Part shown: in pieces, positions 48,186 to 57,906 of the stretch
Position numbering within the stretch: position 1 is the stretch's first letter
Layout: every line of letters starts with the position of its first letter
DNA from: Fimbriimonadales bacterium
GTDB taxonomy: Bacteria; Armatimonadota; Fimbriimonadia; Fimbriimonadales; ATM1
Length of the DNA: 64,000 nt
Direction of reading: 5' to 3'
NCBI GenBank assembly: GCA_041744215.1
Contig: JBGTLG010000033.1
Coordinates: forward strand, 1-64,000
Position numbers and translations under genes: made by a program
Notes under the pieces: generated by a model
The model's database searches: none
What the model saw: the letters and a program-made list of their open reading frames with translations, nothing else
What the model was told of the DNA's origin: nothing

Positions 48186-48262
48186 TGGTAGCGGAGGTCG
48201 GACTCGAACCGACGACCCTGCGGGTATGAACCGCATGCTCTAACCAGCTGAGCTACTCCGCC
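48186..48262 (-). tRNA. tRNA-Met (CAT), elongator type
   Basis: GGCGGAGTAGCTCAGCTGGTTAGAGCATGCGGTTCATACCCGCAGGGTCGTCGGTTCGAGTCCGACCTCCGCTACCA cloverleaf, 77 nt, CCA end. Confidence 0.96.
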
Positions 48263-48284
48263 TTGGAAGCGGCATTTTACCCTG

Positions 48285-48887
48285 TCAGTTTCGCCCGTAC
48301 CCGGCGATTGCCAGCAGGCGTTTGTACTGTTCTGGAGTGTCCATGTCCAAGAACTCATCGGGCGAATCGAACTCTACCAGTCGCCGTTTCCCGCTGTTCA
48401 CGAAGTCTCGCAGAGTTCTTCCCTCCGAAATCAGCTGCCTTAGAGGTAGCGTCGAGGCGAGCCTCAGAAACACCGGGTGCCTGGCTCGATCTGCTGCAAA
48501 GGGTTGTACGATGTCCGACGAATCATCAAGCGAAGCGATGAGCCGCGCAATAGACTCTGCAGTGAGCAACGGCATGTCAACCGGGCAGAGCCCGAGCCAA
48601 CGAGCCCGACAATCGTCGAGCGCCTCCAACACGGAGCCAATCATGCCACGCTCCGGCTCGAGATTGATGATGTAGCGATATCCTAACAGAAATGCTTCGC
48701 GCGCGAGTTCGTGGTCGTCGGGTCGTCCAATCACTCTTATCTGCGTCAAACCGGCATCGTAGAACGCTGAGCCCAGCCGGGCGAGGACAGTTGTATTGCC
48801 AAACGGAAGCATGGGTTTGTTGGCACCCATGCGCTCGCTACGGCCCGCAGCAAGCAGATAAACCTCAACAGAATCACTCGACGACAT
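48285..48887 (-). CDS. MobA/MocA-like nucleotidyltransferase
   Basis: LLAAGRSERMGANK, DMP, HPV, DMDTPE. Confidence 0.9.
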   Translation of the reverse strand: MSSSDSVEVYLLAAGRSERMGANKPMLPFGNTTVLARLGSAFYDAGLTQIRVIGRPDDHELAREAFLLGYRYIINLEPERGMIGSVLEALDDCRARWLGLCPVDMPLLTAESIARLIASLDDSSDIVQPFAADRARHPVFLRLASTLPLRQLISEGRTLRDFVNSGKRRLVEFDSPDEFLDMDTPEQYKRLLAIAGYGRN

Positions 48888-49344
48888 TTCGAATGTAGCG
48901 GATCTGCCCCGCGTGGTAGTAGTCGTGTTCAATCAGCATAAGAAACAGATCATGTGCCCGCATACGTTTTCCGCCCCACGTCGAAACTTGCGATGCAAGC
49001 TGCTCGCATGGCAACTCGCGAAGGTGGCGAAGCTGCAACTCGTGCGCCGCTTGAAGCTGCACAAGCATGGTTTCCATATCGTGCTTGGAGTGGGATTGCG
49101 CAACCGTAGTCCAGTTCTCAACTCCCCCACCGAATGCGGCGCTTAGCTGGACGTGCTTGTCGCCTGTAACGTGGTAGACGATGTCTCTGACGGAACCGTC
49201 CATCCAATCGAAGCCGCGATGGGTCGCCGGTGCATGGAAAAAAGCGGATTCGGATAGGTCCTTCAACGCTGACAGTAGGCTGTGCCAGGGGCTTTCTTTG
49301 TATGCTCGAATCGTTAGCGTTTCGAGTGCCTCCTTCGACCACAT
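48874..49344 (-). CDS. DinB family protein
   Basis: SVRDIVYH ... EHDYYHAGQI. Confidence 0.88.
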   Translation of the reverse strand: MWSKEALETLTIRAYKESPWHSLLSALKDLSESAFFHAPATHRGFDWMDGSVRDIVYHVTGDKHVQLSAAFGGGVENWTTVAQSHSKHDMETMLVQLQAAHELQLRHLRELPCEQLASQVSTWGGKRMRAHDLFLMLIEHDYYHAGQIRYIRNVVE

Positions 49345-49346
49345 CG

Positions 49347-49856
49347 CTATTTGTCAACCCTGAATTCGTCAATCAGCTCATATGCCTTCAACTCGTCGCC
49401 CCAACCAATGACGTCGACGGGCTTTTCTTCAAGCTGCTTGTACACCTCGAAGAAGTGCATGATCTCTTTCTTGGTGTGATCTGCCAGATCGGCGATCGAT
49501 CTCACTTCGACAAATCGAGGATCTCGGAGCGCAACACAGAGAATTTTGTCATCGCGCCCCTTGTCATCACTCATTCCGAGGACGCCGATGGGCCTCGCCT
49601 CGACAACGCATCCGGGAAACGTCGGATGCGAGATTAGTACAAGTACATCCAAAGGGTCGCCGTCGGAGTAGAGCGTACCGGGGATGTAACCGTAATCGCA
49701 GGGGTAGTACAGCGGTGAGAACAGCACACGATCGAGTTTCACAACCCCGGAATGCTCATCGACTTCGTATTTGTTTGATCCACCCTTTGGAATTTCAATA
49801 ATCGTGTTGACGACGTGGGGAGGCTGTGGACCAATGCCGACTTGACTGAGGCTCAT
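49347..49856 (-). CDS. ppa: Inorganic pyrophosphatase
   Basis: IEIPKG..KYE, DYGYIP, DGDPLDVL, DDKI. Confidence 0.96.
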   Translation of the reverse strand: MSLSQVGIGPQPPHVVNTIIEIPKGGSNKYEVDEHSGVVKLDRVLFSPLYYPCDYGYIPGTLYSDGDPLDVLVLISHPTFPGCVVEARPIGVLGMSDDKGRDDKILCVALRDPRFVEVRSIADLADHTKKEIMHFFEVYKQLEEKPVDVIGWGDELKAYELIDEFRVDK

Positions 49857-49914
49857 CGGGTCCAATGATACCCACGCGCATCCTATTGATCTCCTCTAAC
49901 GTACTGACAATGCA

Positions 49915-50589
49915 ATGAGAGAGTTCTTTCGAGGGCACTTGCTCCTGCTCGGGACGCCAAAGCTTTGGGGCTTCATTTGGAAGCCTATGGCGTTCGCGCT
50001 TCTTGTTTATGCGGCGGCGATTACTGTTGCCGTAGCTTGGATCGTCCCAGCTCTCGTCCGAAAGATAGACTTGCCGGACTCGGCATCGCGTGTCTTGGAA
50101 TCGCTGGGTAGCATCGGCGTTGGGGCTATCGCCGCATTTGCAGCTCTGCCGATCTACTTGATTATCTCAGGTCTGTTCAGCAGCCTTCTCTGGGACAAAC
50201 TGTCACTCGCCGTAGAGCAGCATGTTTATGGCAGCGCGCCGACTCAGCGCGTAGGCTGTGGCACCCAGATCACCGACTCTGTCTCGCGTTCGGCCTTTTC
50301 CGGTGGATTGTTTATTGTATCACTCTGTTTTTGTTGGACTGGACCTGTCGCGGGAGCCGTGTATGCCGGATGGATTGGTCTGCTCGACTTTTCTGCCAGC
50401 GCATATCTAAGGCGCGGTATCGCTTTCGGCGAGGAGTTTCGAAAAGTCTGGCGCCCGCAAGGCGCGAAAGGTTTTGCGCTAATGTGCGGCTTAACGAGTC
50501 TACTTCCCTTTTTGTTCGTTTTGCTCTTGCCCGGCATGGTGGCAGGCGCAACAATTCTGTGCCGCGAAGGCGAGCGAAATCAACCGTAG
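49915..50589 (+). CDS. EI24/CysZ-like membrane protein
   Basis: TM pattern with DKLSLAVE and P..VAGAT motifs. Confidence 0.75.
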   Translation: MREFFRGHLLLLGTPKLWGFIWKPMAFALLVYAAAITVAVAWIVPALVRKIDLPDSASRVLESLGSIGVGAIAAFAALPIYLIISGLFSSLLWDKLSLAVEQHVYGSAPTQRVGCGTQITDSVSRSAFSGGLFIVSLCFCWTGPVAGAVYAGWIGLLDFSASAYLRRGIAFGEEFRKVWRPQGAKGFALMCGLTSLLPFLFVLLLPGMVAGATILCREGERNQP

Positions 50590-53500
50590 ATCTCGCGATA
50601 GTGACAATTTTTAAACTTCTTTCCGCTCCCGCATGGGCAAGGATCGTTTCGTTTTGCCTTCGTGAAATCGACTGCGCCGTTCGAGCCATTTGGTTGCGGA
50701 ACAGCATCGATGCTGTCAGCTTCCAGCCGCTGCATCCTCGGAGCCTGTGGCGCGACTGGCTGCTGCTGCTGAATAACTGCCCGATAGATATGCGTCACCA
50801 CGAAGTCGCGAATCGCACGCAGCGTATCTTCAAAAACGGTATGTGATTCCTTGCGAAAGGCTATAAGCGGGTCGACCTGTCCGTAGCCGCGCAGCCCGAT
50901 CCCCTCGCGAAGCCGTTCGATTGCTTGCAAGTGCTCGGTCCACTTCTGTGTAATGGATTGCAGAAGGACAATACGCTCTACTTCCGAGAATGGCTCGTCG
51001 CCAAACTCATCCAGCTTCTTTTGGTAGGCTTCTCGCGCCCACCCCAACACTTTCTCCCTAATCTGCTCAGCATTCATAAGTTGCTGGAACTCATCGAGCG
51101 TCCCGTAGTCCATCACGGGGAAGATGGTCATGATCTCGCGATAGAGAATCTCGTAGTCCCACTTGGTTACTTCGATTCCGTCAGGTTGATGCCCTGCGAT
51201 CATCTCGTTCAACGCTTCGTCAACGTACTCCTGAATCGTCGGCCGTGCGTCTTGTCCAAGAAGGAATCTTCTCCGCGAGCTATAGATGTGCTCTCGCTGA
51301 GCGTTGAGAACGTCGTCGTATTCCAGAACATGCTTTCGGTACTCGAAGAAGTGGAGTTCGATTCGCTTTTGCGTCTTCTCTATCATCGAACTCAGGAACT
51401 TCGCGTTCACTTCTTCAAAATCGGGCCATGCACGCAGCAACGGATTCTCAAGCATCTTCGGATTAAAGATTTTCCAAAGCTGGTCCTCAAGCGAGACGAA
51501 GTAGCGACTCTCGCCGGGGTCGCCTTGACGCCCTGCGCGACCTCGAAGCTGATTGTCGATTCGGCGGCTTTCGTGCCGCTCAGTCCCAAGGATGAACAAC
51601 CCGCCGAGGTTCCTCACTACATCCGCCAGCGCGGCTCGCTCTTGATCATCGAGCGGCAACGGCGGAGCGGCGCGTTCCTTCCCTCCACGTCTGTGCGAAG
51701 CAAATGTCTCAGATGCAAAGGAAGTGTCTGCCTTTTCGGATGCAGTAACTTCGTCTGTTTTGATTCTGCCACCAAGCAGAATGTCAACACCGCGGCCCGC
51801 CATGTTTGTAGCGATGGTCACCTGCCCCTTGCGCCCCGCTTCGGCGATGATCAAAGCTTCCTTTTCATGGAACTTTGCGTTCAAGACGTTATGAGGTATC
51901 CCGTGCCGCAACGCTTCATCAAGATTGGGTTTATCGCCTTGTTCGAGCCCAAACTGCGCAAGCAGCCAATTTTGCATCTCATCGCCAAGCGGATCAGTCG
52001 GCAGCGACATCATGCGCGCGGCCTCTTGGAAGCTCTTCATTTTCGCTTCCTTGATCGAAACGGAAATGGCTTCCATTGCTTCGCCTTTCGTCTTCTTGTC
52101 GACACCCTTTTCGTGCTCGCACGCATGCATGATGCGATCTGCAAGCACGAGAATCTGAAGTCGATCCGCTGTCAATCGTGACGAAACCCGCTCAGACATC
52201 TCGATTGATCGAGTTCCGACGAGAACAGGCTGCTGCTTCGAATACAGTCTGAGGATTTCGCGCGCGATCGCTCGAAACTTCGCTTCCTCCGTCTTGAAGA
52301 TTACGTCCGCGTGGTCACTGCGAACCATATCGCGGTGGGTCGGCACCGCAAAAACAGACAACCCGTAAATCTTCGCAAACTCGTCTTCTTCCGTTTTCGC
52401 TGTGCCGGTCATTCCCGCAAGTTTCTCGTAAAGTCGGAACAAGTTCTGGAAGGTAATCACCGCGACCGTTTGGCTCTCTCGCTGAACGGTCACGCCCTCC
52501 TTCGCTTCGAGAGCCTGGTGGAGACCTTCGCCCATGCGTCGACCAAACATAAGCCGCCCAGTATTCTCATCGACGAGAACGACTTCGTTTTCCTTTACAA
52601 CGTACTCAACATCCTTTTCAAAAAGTCCATGCGCCTTGATGGATGCATTAACGTAGTGCATCAGATCGGGATGCTCGGCCAGATTGTCGATGCCAAGCAA
52701 TCGCTCAACTTCGTCATAGCCCCGCTCTGTAAGCGATGCGTTGTGATTCTTTTTGTCAACTGCGTAATGGGCCTCAGCGTCCTCTTTGTCGCCCGCCCGA
52801 AGTTTTCTTACAACCTCATTGAGCTTGCTATAAATCGATACGTCTTCTGCGCTTGCGCCTGAAATGATATGCGGCGTCCTCGCCTCATCGATGAGAATGC
52901 TGTCAACTTCGTCGACGATGGCGTAACTGAGATCGCGCATCGACAGATCCTCAACCCGGAAAGCCATGTTGTCTCGCAAATAGTCGAACCCAAACTCGTG
53001 ATTCGTTCCATACGTAATGTCCGCCATGTAAGCGGCGCGGCGCGAACACTCAACCAGGTTCGCATACCTCGGGTCGGGATGCTGCGCTCCCGGCGAATAC
53101 AGGTAGCTGCCACCAAGCTCATCAGAGTCAGGCGATTGACCTTGGATGATTCCGACAGACAGTCCCAGGTGGTGATAAATCGGACCCATCCAAACAGCGT
53201 CTCTTCGCGCGAGGTAGTCGTTCACCGTAACCAAGTGCACACCTCGTCCCGACAGAGCATTGAGATAGATGGGCAAAGTGGCAACCAGCGTCTTTCCTTC
53301 ACCGGTTTTCATCTCAGCTATCGAGCCTTCGTGAAGAATGATTCCGCCGAGCAACTGCACGTCGAAGTGGCGCATGTGGAGGAGCCGCTTGCTAACTTCC
53401 CTGACAATGCCAAACGCCTCAGGAAGGAGGTCGTCCATCTTTTCGCCGCCCGCAAGCCGCTCTTTCAGAACCGGTGTTTGCGCGGCGAGTTCATCCAAGG

Positions 53501-53615
53501 ACATCGCCTCATACTTCGGCTCGAGTGCGTTGATCTTCTCAACTGTCGGCCAGAGCCGCTTGGTCTCTTCGCCACTTTTGTCGAACCACTTTCGAAAAAC
53601 CTGGTCAATTTTCAT
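50580..53615 (-). CDS. secA: Preprotein translocase subunit SecA
   Basis: MKTGEGKT, DEVDSILIDEARTP, TNMAGRG, QLRGRAGRQGDPG, SEC-C motif CPCGSGKKFKNCH. Confidence 0.98.
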   Translation of the reverse strand: MKIDQVFRKWFDKSGEETKRLWPTVEKINALEPKYEAMSLDELAAQTPVLKERLAGGEKMDDLLPEAFGIVREVSKRLLHMRHFDVQLLGGIILHEGSIAEMKTGEGKTLVATLPIYLNALSGRGVHLVTVNDYLARRDAVWMGPIYHHLGLSVGIIQGQSPDSDELGGSYLYSPGAQHPDPRYANLVECSRRAAYMADITYGTNHEFGFDYLRDNMAFRVEDLSMRDLSYAIVDEVDSILIDEARTPHIISGASAEDVSIYSKLNEVVRKLRAGDKEDAEAHYAVDKKNHNASLTERGYDEVERLLGIDNLAEHPDLMHYVNASIKAHGLFEKDVEYVVKENEVVLVDENTGRLMFGRRMGEGLHQALEAKEGVTVQRESQTVAVITFQNLFRLYEKLAGMTGTAKTEEDEFAKIYGLSVFAVPTHRDMVRSDHADVIFKTEEAKFRAIAREILRLYSKQQPVLVGTRSIEMSERVSSRLTADRLQILVLADRIMHACEHEKGVDKKTKGEAMEAISVSIKEAKMKSFQEAARMMSLPTDPLGDEMQNWLLAQFGLEQGDKPNLDEALRHGIPHNVLNAKFHEKEALIIAEAGRKGQVTIATNMAGRGVDILLGGRIKTDEVTASEKADTSFASETFASHRRGGKERAAPPLPLDDQERAALADVVRNLGGLFILGTERHESRRIDNQLRGRAGRQGDPGESRYFVSLEDQLWKIFNPKMLENPLLRAWPDFEEVNAKFLSSMIEKTQKRIELHFFEYRKHVLEYDDVLNAQREHIYSSRRRFLLGQDARPTIQEYVDEALNEMIAGHQPDGIEVTKWDYEILYREIMTIFPVMDYGTLDEFQQLMNAEQIREKVLGWAREAYQKKLDEFGDEPFSEVERIVLLQSITQKWTEHLQAIERLREGIGLRGYGQVDPLIAFRKESHTVFEDTLRAIRDFVVTHIYRAVIQQQQPVAPQAPRMQRLEADSIDAVPQPNGSNGAVDFTKAKRNDPCPCGSGKKFKNCHYREIYG

Positions 53616-53684
53616 ATAAATCGCGACGCGCGGTAGCGGGGAGGGCTCTCCGGACGTGAACTTAGAGTATACCTGTGGGCCAAG

Positions 53685-54371
53685 TTGAACCGACCCAAAA
53701 GTCCCCCCAATCAATGCTGGCTCGATGCCCAAAACGCGCAGGTGATTGCCTGTACGGCCTGTCCCAGGCTACGATCACACTGCCAGCAGGTTGGTCGACT
53801 GAAACGGGCGTCATTTCGTGATGACGTCTACCATTCTCGGCCAGTTCCAAGTTTCGGAGACCCCAACGCGAGGGTGTTGATTGTCGGATTGGCCCCCGCG
53901 GCCCACGGAGCCAACCGAACCGGAAGGATGTTTACCGGCGACCAAAGTGGTGAGTGGCTCTACCGAGCTCTGCATCGTGCAGGGTTTGCGAATCAGCCGT
54001 CCTCCTGCAGCGCGTCAGACGGATTACTGTTGACCGATTGCCTAATCACTGCTGTCTGTCGGTGCGCGCCACCTAACAACAAACCGGATCGCGATGAGAT
54101 CCAGAATTGTTCGACGTTTCTCACTGAGACGATCGAGCGAACGCCCTGGCAGATGCTGATTGCATTGGGCGGACTCGCATGGATCGAAAGTGCGAGAGCG
54201 TTGCAGATTCGGCCTGCAAAATTCGCACACCTTGCAGAAACGGAATTGCAAGATGGACGACTCTTGCTCGGGTCATATCATCCCAGCCAGCAAAACACGT
54301 TTACCAGGCGACTGACAGAGCCAATGCTCGACGCTGTTTTCTCGCGCGCAAGATCGCTCCTCAAATCCTAA
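53685..54371 (+). CDS. Uracil-DNA glycosylase family 5 (UdgB-like, Fe-S)
   Basis: [34 protein letters not shown]. Confidence 0.93.
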   Translation: MNRPKSPPNQCWLDAQNAQVIACTACPRLRSHCQQVGRLKRASFRDDVYHSRPVPSFGDPNARVLIVGLAPAAHGANRTGRMFTGDQSGEWLYRALHRAGFANQPSSCSASDGLLLTDCLITAVCRCAPPNNKPDRDEIQNCSTFLTETIERTPWQMLIALGGLAWIESARALQIRPAKFAHLAETELQDGRLLLGSYHPSQQNTFTRRLTEPMLDAVFSRARSLLKS

Positions 54372-55185
54372 CGACTTTTCGCCCGAGTCTTTCTGCGCGA
54401 TCGGCAAGACGCTCCATCACTCCTCCGGGACGCGCCCTCACCACGCGCACTTCATCAGACAGTCCCACAACCATTTCGTCGCGTATCTGGTTGTTTCTGC
54501 CCACAAAGCCGTCATCGGGCCGAAATGGGCTGACCACGAGATCGGTTTCTGGGTCAAATTTGTATCTCCAGAGCCGCGCCGCAGGAAACGGCTCCTCGTC
54601 GAGATTCTCACCAAGAGCCGCGAAAAGGCCCCGATCCAAAACAAGAATCCTTGGCGCTCCCCACCGAAGCGGAACGACGGCCGCTCGCATATACGAACTG
54701 GTGTTTGCGCCAGTGACGAGTGTCATGGGGTGCAGGACGCCATTCTCAACGTTAGATTCGACGAGGTCTTCAGTAGTCCTATCTGAGTCCCGGCTTGCCA
54801 GTACGCAAAAAGTTTTGGTTTCCAGCACCGCGTGATTGCCATAGAGGAAGACGTAAGCGGGCGGCGAGGTGCAAAACGGCTCAAGCCGTCTGGGATAGAG
54901 CGCTGATTGAATCGTGACAATTCGCACTGCCTTGTCCGCGATTCTTTCCTTCAAGCTGACGACTTTTTCGGCGATTCGAGAAGCTCCGGCAGAGAGCGCT
55001 TTCGCCGCAGCCGGTTTTAGCGCGTACTCTTCGATGAGTGTTTCCTCCCCAAGGCTTAAAAAGTGCTCAGGTGAGCGCCCGCTGATTGCGTTCCGAGCGA
55101 GGATGCGCGAAATCCCAGAAGAGCCCAGCGAAGGAGTAAGACAGAGTGCGTACTCGAAATCTGAATTGGGATCAAACTTTTTCAA
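54361..55185 (-). CDS. DprA/SMF-like protein, divergent
   Basis: N-terminal helical domain, YPRRL...PP...LYGN, RNNQI...GLS; canonical SGLAxGID absent. Confidence 0.7.
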   Translation of the reverse strand: MKKFDPNSDFEYALCLTPSLGSSGISRILARNAISGRSPEHFLSLGEETLIEEYALKPAAAKALSAGASRIAEKVVSLKERIADKAVRIVTIQSALYPRRLEPFCTSPPAYVFLYGNHAVLETKTFCVLASRDSDRTTEDLVESNVENGVLHPMTLVTGANTSSYMRAAVVPLRWGAPRILVLDRGLFAALGENLDEEPFPAARLWRYKFDPETDLVVSPFRPDDGFVGRNNQIRDEMVVGLSDEVRVVRARPGGVMERLADRAERLGRKVVRI

Positions 55186-55897
55186 TCTGACTCATAGCTC
55201 CCGTTAGAATTGCGACCGCCCTATCACCTGTCTGCGACATTTGCTCAACAACTTCATCGTGCGAGAGCGTCGATTGATGCAAGCCGGCCGCAAGGTTTGA
55301 TACAACTGCAAGACACGCGTAGCGAATCCCTGCTTCGCGCATCGCAACTGCCTCGGTTCCCGCCGTCATCCCGACAACATCGACACCAACCATTTGGTAA
55401 GCGGCAATCTCTGCCGGCGTCTCGTATCGCGGCCCATTGACGCAGAGGTACACACCGCCATCTTCGACGTCGATGCTCGCTTCTCCCGCAGCGCGAAGGA
55501 GAGCGTTGCGAGCTTTAGGATCGAAAGCCTCCGTCATGTCGGTGTGTTGCGGGGAATCTGCGAAACGGACCGTTTCACGGCCGGAAACGTCGATCAAGTC
55601 CGAACAAACACTCAGAGTCCCAGGGAGCCAATCCGCGCGAAGACTTCCAACCGCGGCGCTCGAAAAACAGTACTCAACCCCCAGAATCACCAGGGCTTCG
55701 GACATCGCCGTGTAGTTCACGAGGTGGGGAGGGGTCTTGTGCCCAGACCCGTGCCTTGCGAGAATCAACGTCGCGTCCTCAAGCTCCTTGGCCCGAACCA
55801 AGCCATAGCGCGTGGGGACGTGAACGGGCCGGGCTCCCTCCTCAAGAAGGCGCGAACCAATGCCCGTCCCACCGATAATCGCCACTCGCGTCGCCAT
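55172..55897 (-). CDS. mtnP: MTA/purine nucleoside phosphorylase (MtnP family)
   Basis: IIGGTG, RHG..H..PPH.VNY, AVGSL, GPRYETPAE, VGMT. Confidence 0.9.
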   Translation of the reverse strand: MATRVAIIGGTGIGSRLLEEGARPVHVPTRYGLVRAKELEDATLILARHGSGHKTPPHLVNYTAMSEALVILGVEYCFSSAAVGSLRADWLPGTLSVCSDLIDVSGRETVRFADSPQHTDMTEAFDPKARNALLRAAGEASIDVEDGGVYLCVNGPRYETPAEIAAYQMVGVDVVGMTAGTEAVAMREAGIRYACLAVVSNLAAGLHQSTLSHDEVVEQMSQTGDRAVAILTGAMSQIEKV

Positions 55898-55951
55898 CTG
55901 CCGCTTAGTCTACACGCAGGAGATCGCGACTCTCCGGCGAATAGGATTCGC

Positions 55952-56608
55952 GTGTCCAGCGAATTGATACAGAAGCTCAAGAAAGTCGGAGTGAGCGCCA
56001 TGTCTCCTGTGGAACTGCTTGCCATCGCGATTGTGAATGACGAAAGCGACGCGGATGCCGCAATACTGCGCGCCCGCGACATACTGCAGTTTGCAGGGGG
56101 CATTCGCGCGCTTGCCTCCGCACCTCCAACGACATTCGAAGAGCACGCCGGGCTCTCTGGCCTCCGTTTGAGTCAGTTGTTCGCAATTCTCGAGCTGGGA
56201 CGCCGAACAGTCGAAGCCGGGCGCGGAGAGCGCCAAGAGATAAAGGGTCCGGATGACGTTTATGATCGCTTTTTGTATCTGCGTGACGAGCGAAAGGAGC
56301 ATTTTTGCGCGGTGCTGGTCGATGCAAAGAACCGCGTTATCCGTGACCAAGTCGTTCACATTGGAACCGTTTCAGCGTCCGTCGTCGGAGTAAAGGAGTT
56401 TTTCAAGGAGGCAGTCCGAGAAGGTGCCGCGGCAATCATTGCGGTTCACAATCATCCGAGCGGAGATCCCACTCCGAGCAGAGAGGATTTCGAGGTTACG
56501 CGCGTGCTTGCCGAGGCCGGCCGGCTGCTTGAGATTCCACTTCTCGACCATGTGATCGTCGGGGAAACCGAGTTCCGATCGATGCAACGCTTAGGCGCAA
56601 TAGGTTAA
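55952..56608 (+). CDS. radC: RadC (JAB domain) protein
   Basis: ELLAI HhH, KEHF, HNHPSGDPTPSRED, LLDHVIVG; start set at GTG 55952. Confidence 0.93.
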   Translation: MSSELIQKLKKVGVSAMSPVELLAIAIVNDESDADAAILRARDILQFAGGIRALASAPPTTFEEHAGLSGLRLSQLFAILELGRRTVEAGRGERQEIKGPDDVYDRFLYLRDERKEHFCAVLVDAKNRVIRDQVVHIGTVSASVVGVKEFFKEAVREGAAAIIAVHNHPSGDPTPSREDFEVTRVLAEAGRLLEIPLLDHVIVGETEFRSMQRLGAIG

Positions 56609-56617
56609 AACTCACAT

Positions 56618-57241
56618 ATGCCAACTAACCTCTCCGATATCGCCGAAGTGTTGCGCGGGAAGATCGAGCTGCAGCACGCCGCCCGCGAGCGAGCGCTGGC
56701 CGAAGGCCGAAAAGTGATCCAACTCTGCTCTAAGTCCATTAAGCACATTCACAGAGGGCAGCGCGAGGATGCCAAAAAGTACATGGATGAAGCCGACACG
56801 ATCATCAAGTCGGCCCTCGAAGTACTGGAGCAGTTCCCCACCCTAAAATTCGCACCCTACTTTCAGGACGCGGTCAAGGAGTACGTTGAAGCTCGGACGC
56901 TCTTCGCTCTCACCGAACACGCGCCACTGCCCAGCGCGGAGGAACTTGGGGTGGAGCCACAAGCCTATCTGAACGGGCTGTGCGAAGCTGCAAGCGAGTG
57001 CCGCCGCTACTCGTTGGATGCTCTCCGAAGAGGCGATGAAACCACGGCGCGACATCTCGCCGAGGAAATGGAAGACATCTACGACGAACTGATCACATTC
57101 GACTACCCCGACGCTCTGACGAGCAATCTCCGGCGCAGCGTAGACGCACTTCGCGCAGTGCTCGAACGGACGCAAAGCGACCTCGCAGTGACAGGGATGC
57201 AGCTCGAATTGATTGATCACCTCAAAGCGGCCAAGGCCTGA
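56618..57241 (+). CDS. Translin/TRAX family protein
   Basis: RE...RKVIQLC...I..IH, KEYVEA, YLNGLCEAASECRR, LRRSVD..R..LER. Confidence 0.85.
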   Translation: MPTNLSDIAEVLRGKIELQHAARERALAEGRKVIQLCSKSIKHIHRGQREDAKKYMDEADTIIKSALEVLEQFPTLKFAPYFQDAVKEYVEARTLFALTEHAPLPSAEELGVEPQAYLNGLCEAASECRRYSLDALRRGDETTARHLAEEMEDIYDELITFDYPDALTSNLRRSVDALRAVLERTQSDLAVTGMQLELIDHLKAAKA

Positions 57242-57499
57242 TCAAGCAACGATGTTTACCAACCTTGAGACGTCGCGCCACAAGTTGCGATGAGTAATAC
57301 GGATTGGTTTGACGAACACCGCGGCAGGTCCGACAAGAGTAGTTAGCACGGGTCATCCTCTCCCGCTTCGACCTGTCGCGCGCAGGAACCGACCGGAGAA
57401 AGCCGTCAGTTGATGCCCAAATCAGTTTGAACGCAGATGAGGGATCACGGCAGTACTCGGTTCGCCATACGTGGTCTCGCCTATGCCAAGATAGCGGTG

Positions 57500-57904
57500 G
57501 TGAAAGTTCTTCTCTTGAAGTTTTGCGATTACGCTGGTCGGCTCGATGGCGGCAAAGGCTGTCTGATGGGCATGTTCGACACTATTGGAGGCTCGCAGTA
57601 CCCGTTGACTCATCCGACGTTTTTCATCTGCGTTGAGTTTGAGTTCGACCCGTTCGAGAGCGGTTCCCATACAAAGATCAAACTCGTATTGATGGACGAA
57701 GATGGTCACGAGATGATGGGCATTGAGGGCGAGTTCCCTATTCCAAAGTCGATCGGAGGACGCCCGGCAACGATGTTCGAGACGTTTCGCGTCGATGGGA
57801 TGGCCTTTCCCCGTCCGGGCGCATACCGACTAGACGTGCTGCATAACGGCGAGCCGATAGCCGAGGCGCGGCTGTCCCTTGTCGAGGGACCGGCGCCGGG
57901 TTAG
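57500..57904 (+). CDS. DUF6941-like Ig-fold hypothetical protein
   Basis: CDYA....GK..LMGMFD...FPRPGAY; start uncertain. Confidence 0.75.
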   Translation: MKVLLLKFCDYAGRLDGGKGCLMGMFDTIGGSQYPLTHPTFFICVEFEFDPFESGSHTKIKLVLMDEDGHEMMGIEGEFPIPKSIGGRPATMFETFRVDGMAFPRPGAYRLDVLHNGEPIAEARLSLVEGPAPG

Positions 57905-57906
57905 AG

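Noticed and set aside
48186-48262. tRNA-Met as an island integration site
   Set aside because: No integrase and no duplicated tRNA 3' end seen; flanks are housekeeping genes.
51900-52180. Intein in SecA
   Set aside because: No Cys/Ser start or His-Asn end splice motifs; the insert is short and looks helical.
50925-53636. Long plus-strand ORFs opposite secA, and similar shadow ORFs elsewhere
   Set aside because: Antisense shadows of well-supported genes in GC-rich DNA, with no motifs.
55394-55951. Long N-terminal extension of RadC in the ORF track
   Set aside because: It is the antisense of mtnP; RadC similarity begins near GTG 55952.
57242-57496. SRP RNA (ffs) near ftsY
   Set aside because: The conserved SRP domain IV motif (CAGG...GGAA...AGCAG) was not found on either strand.
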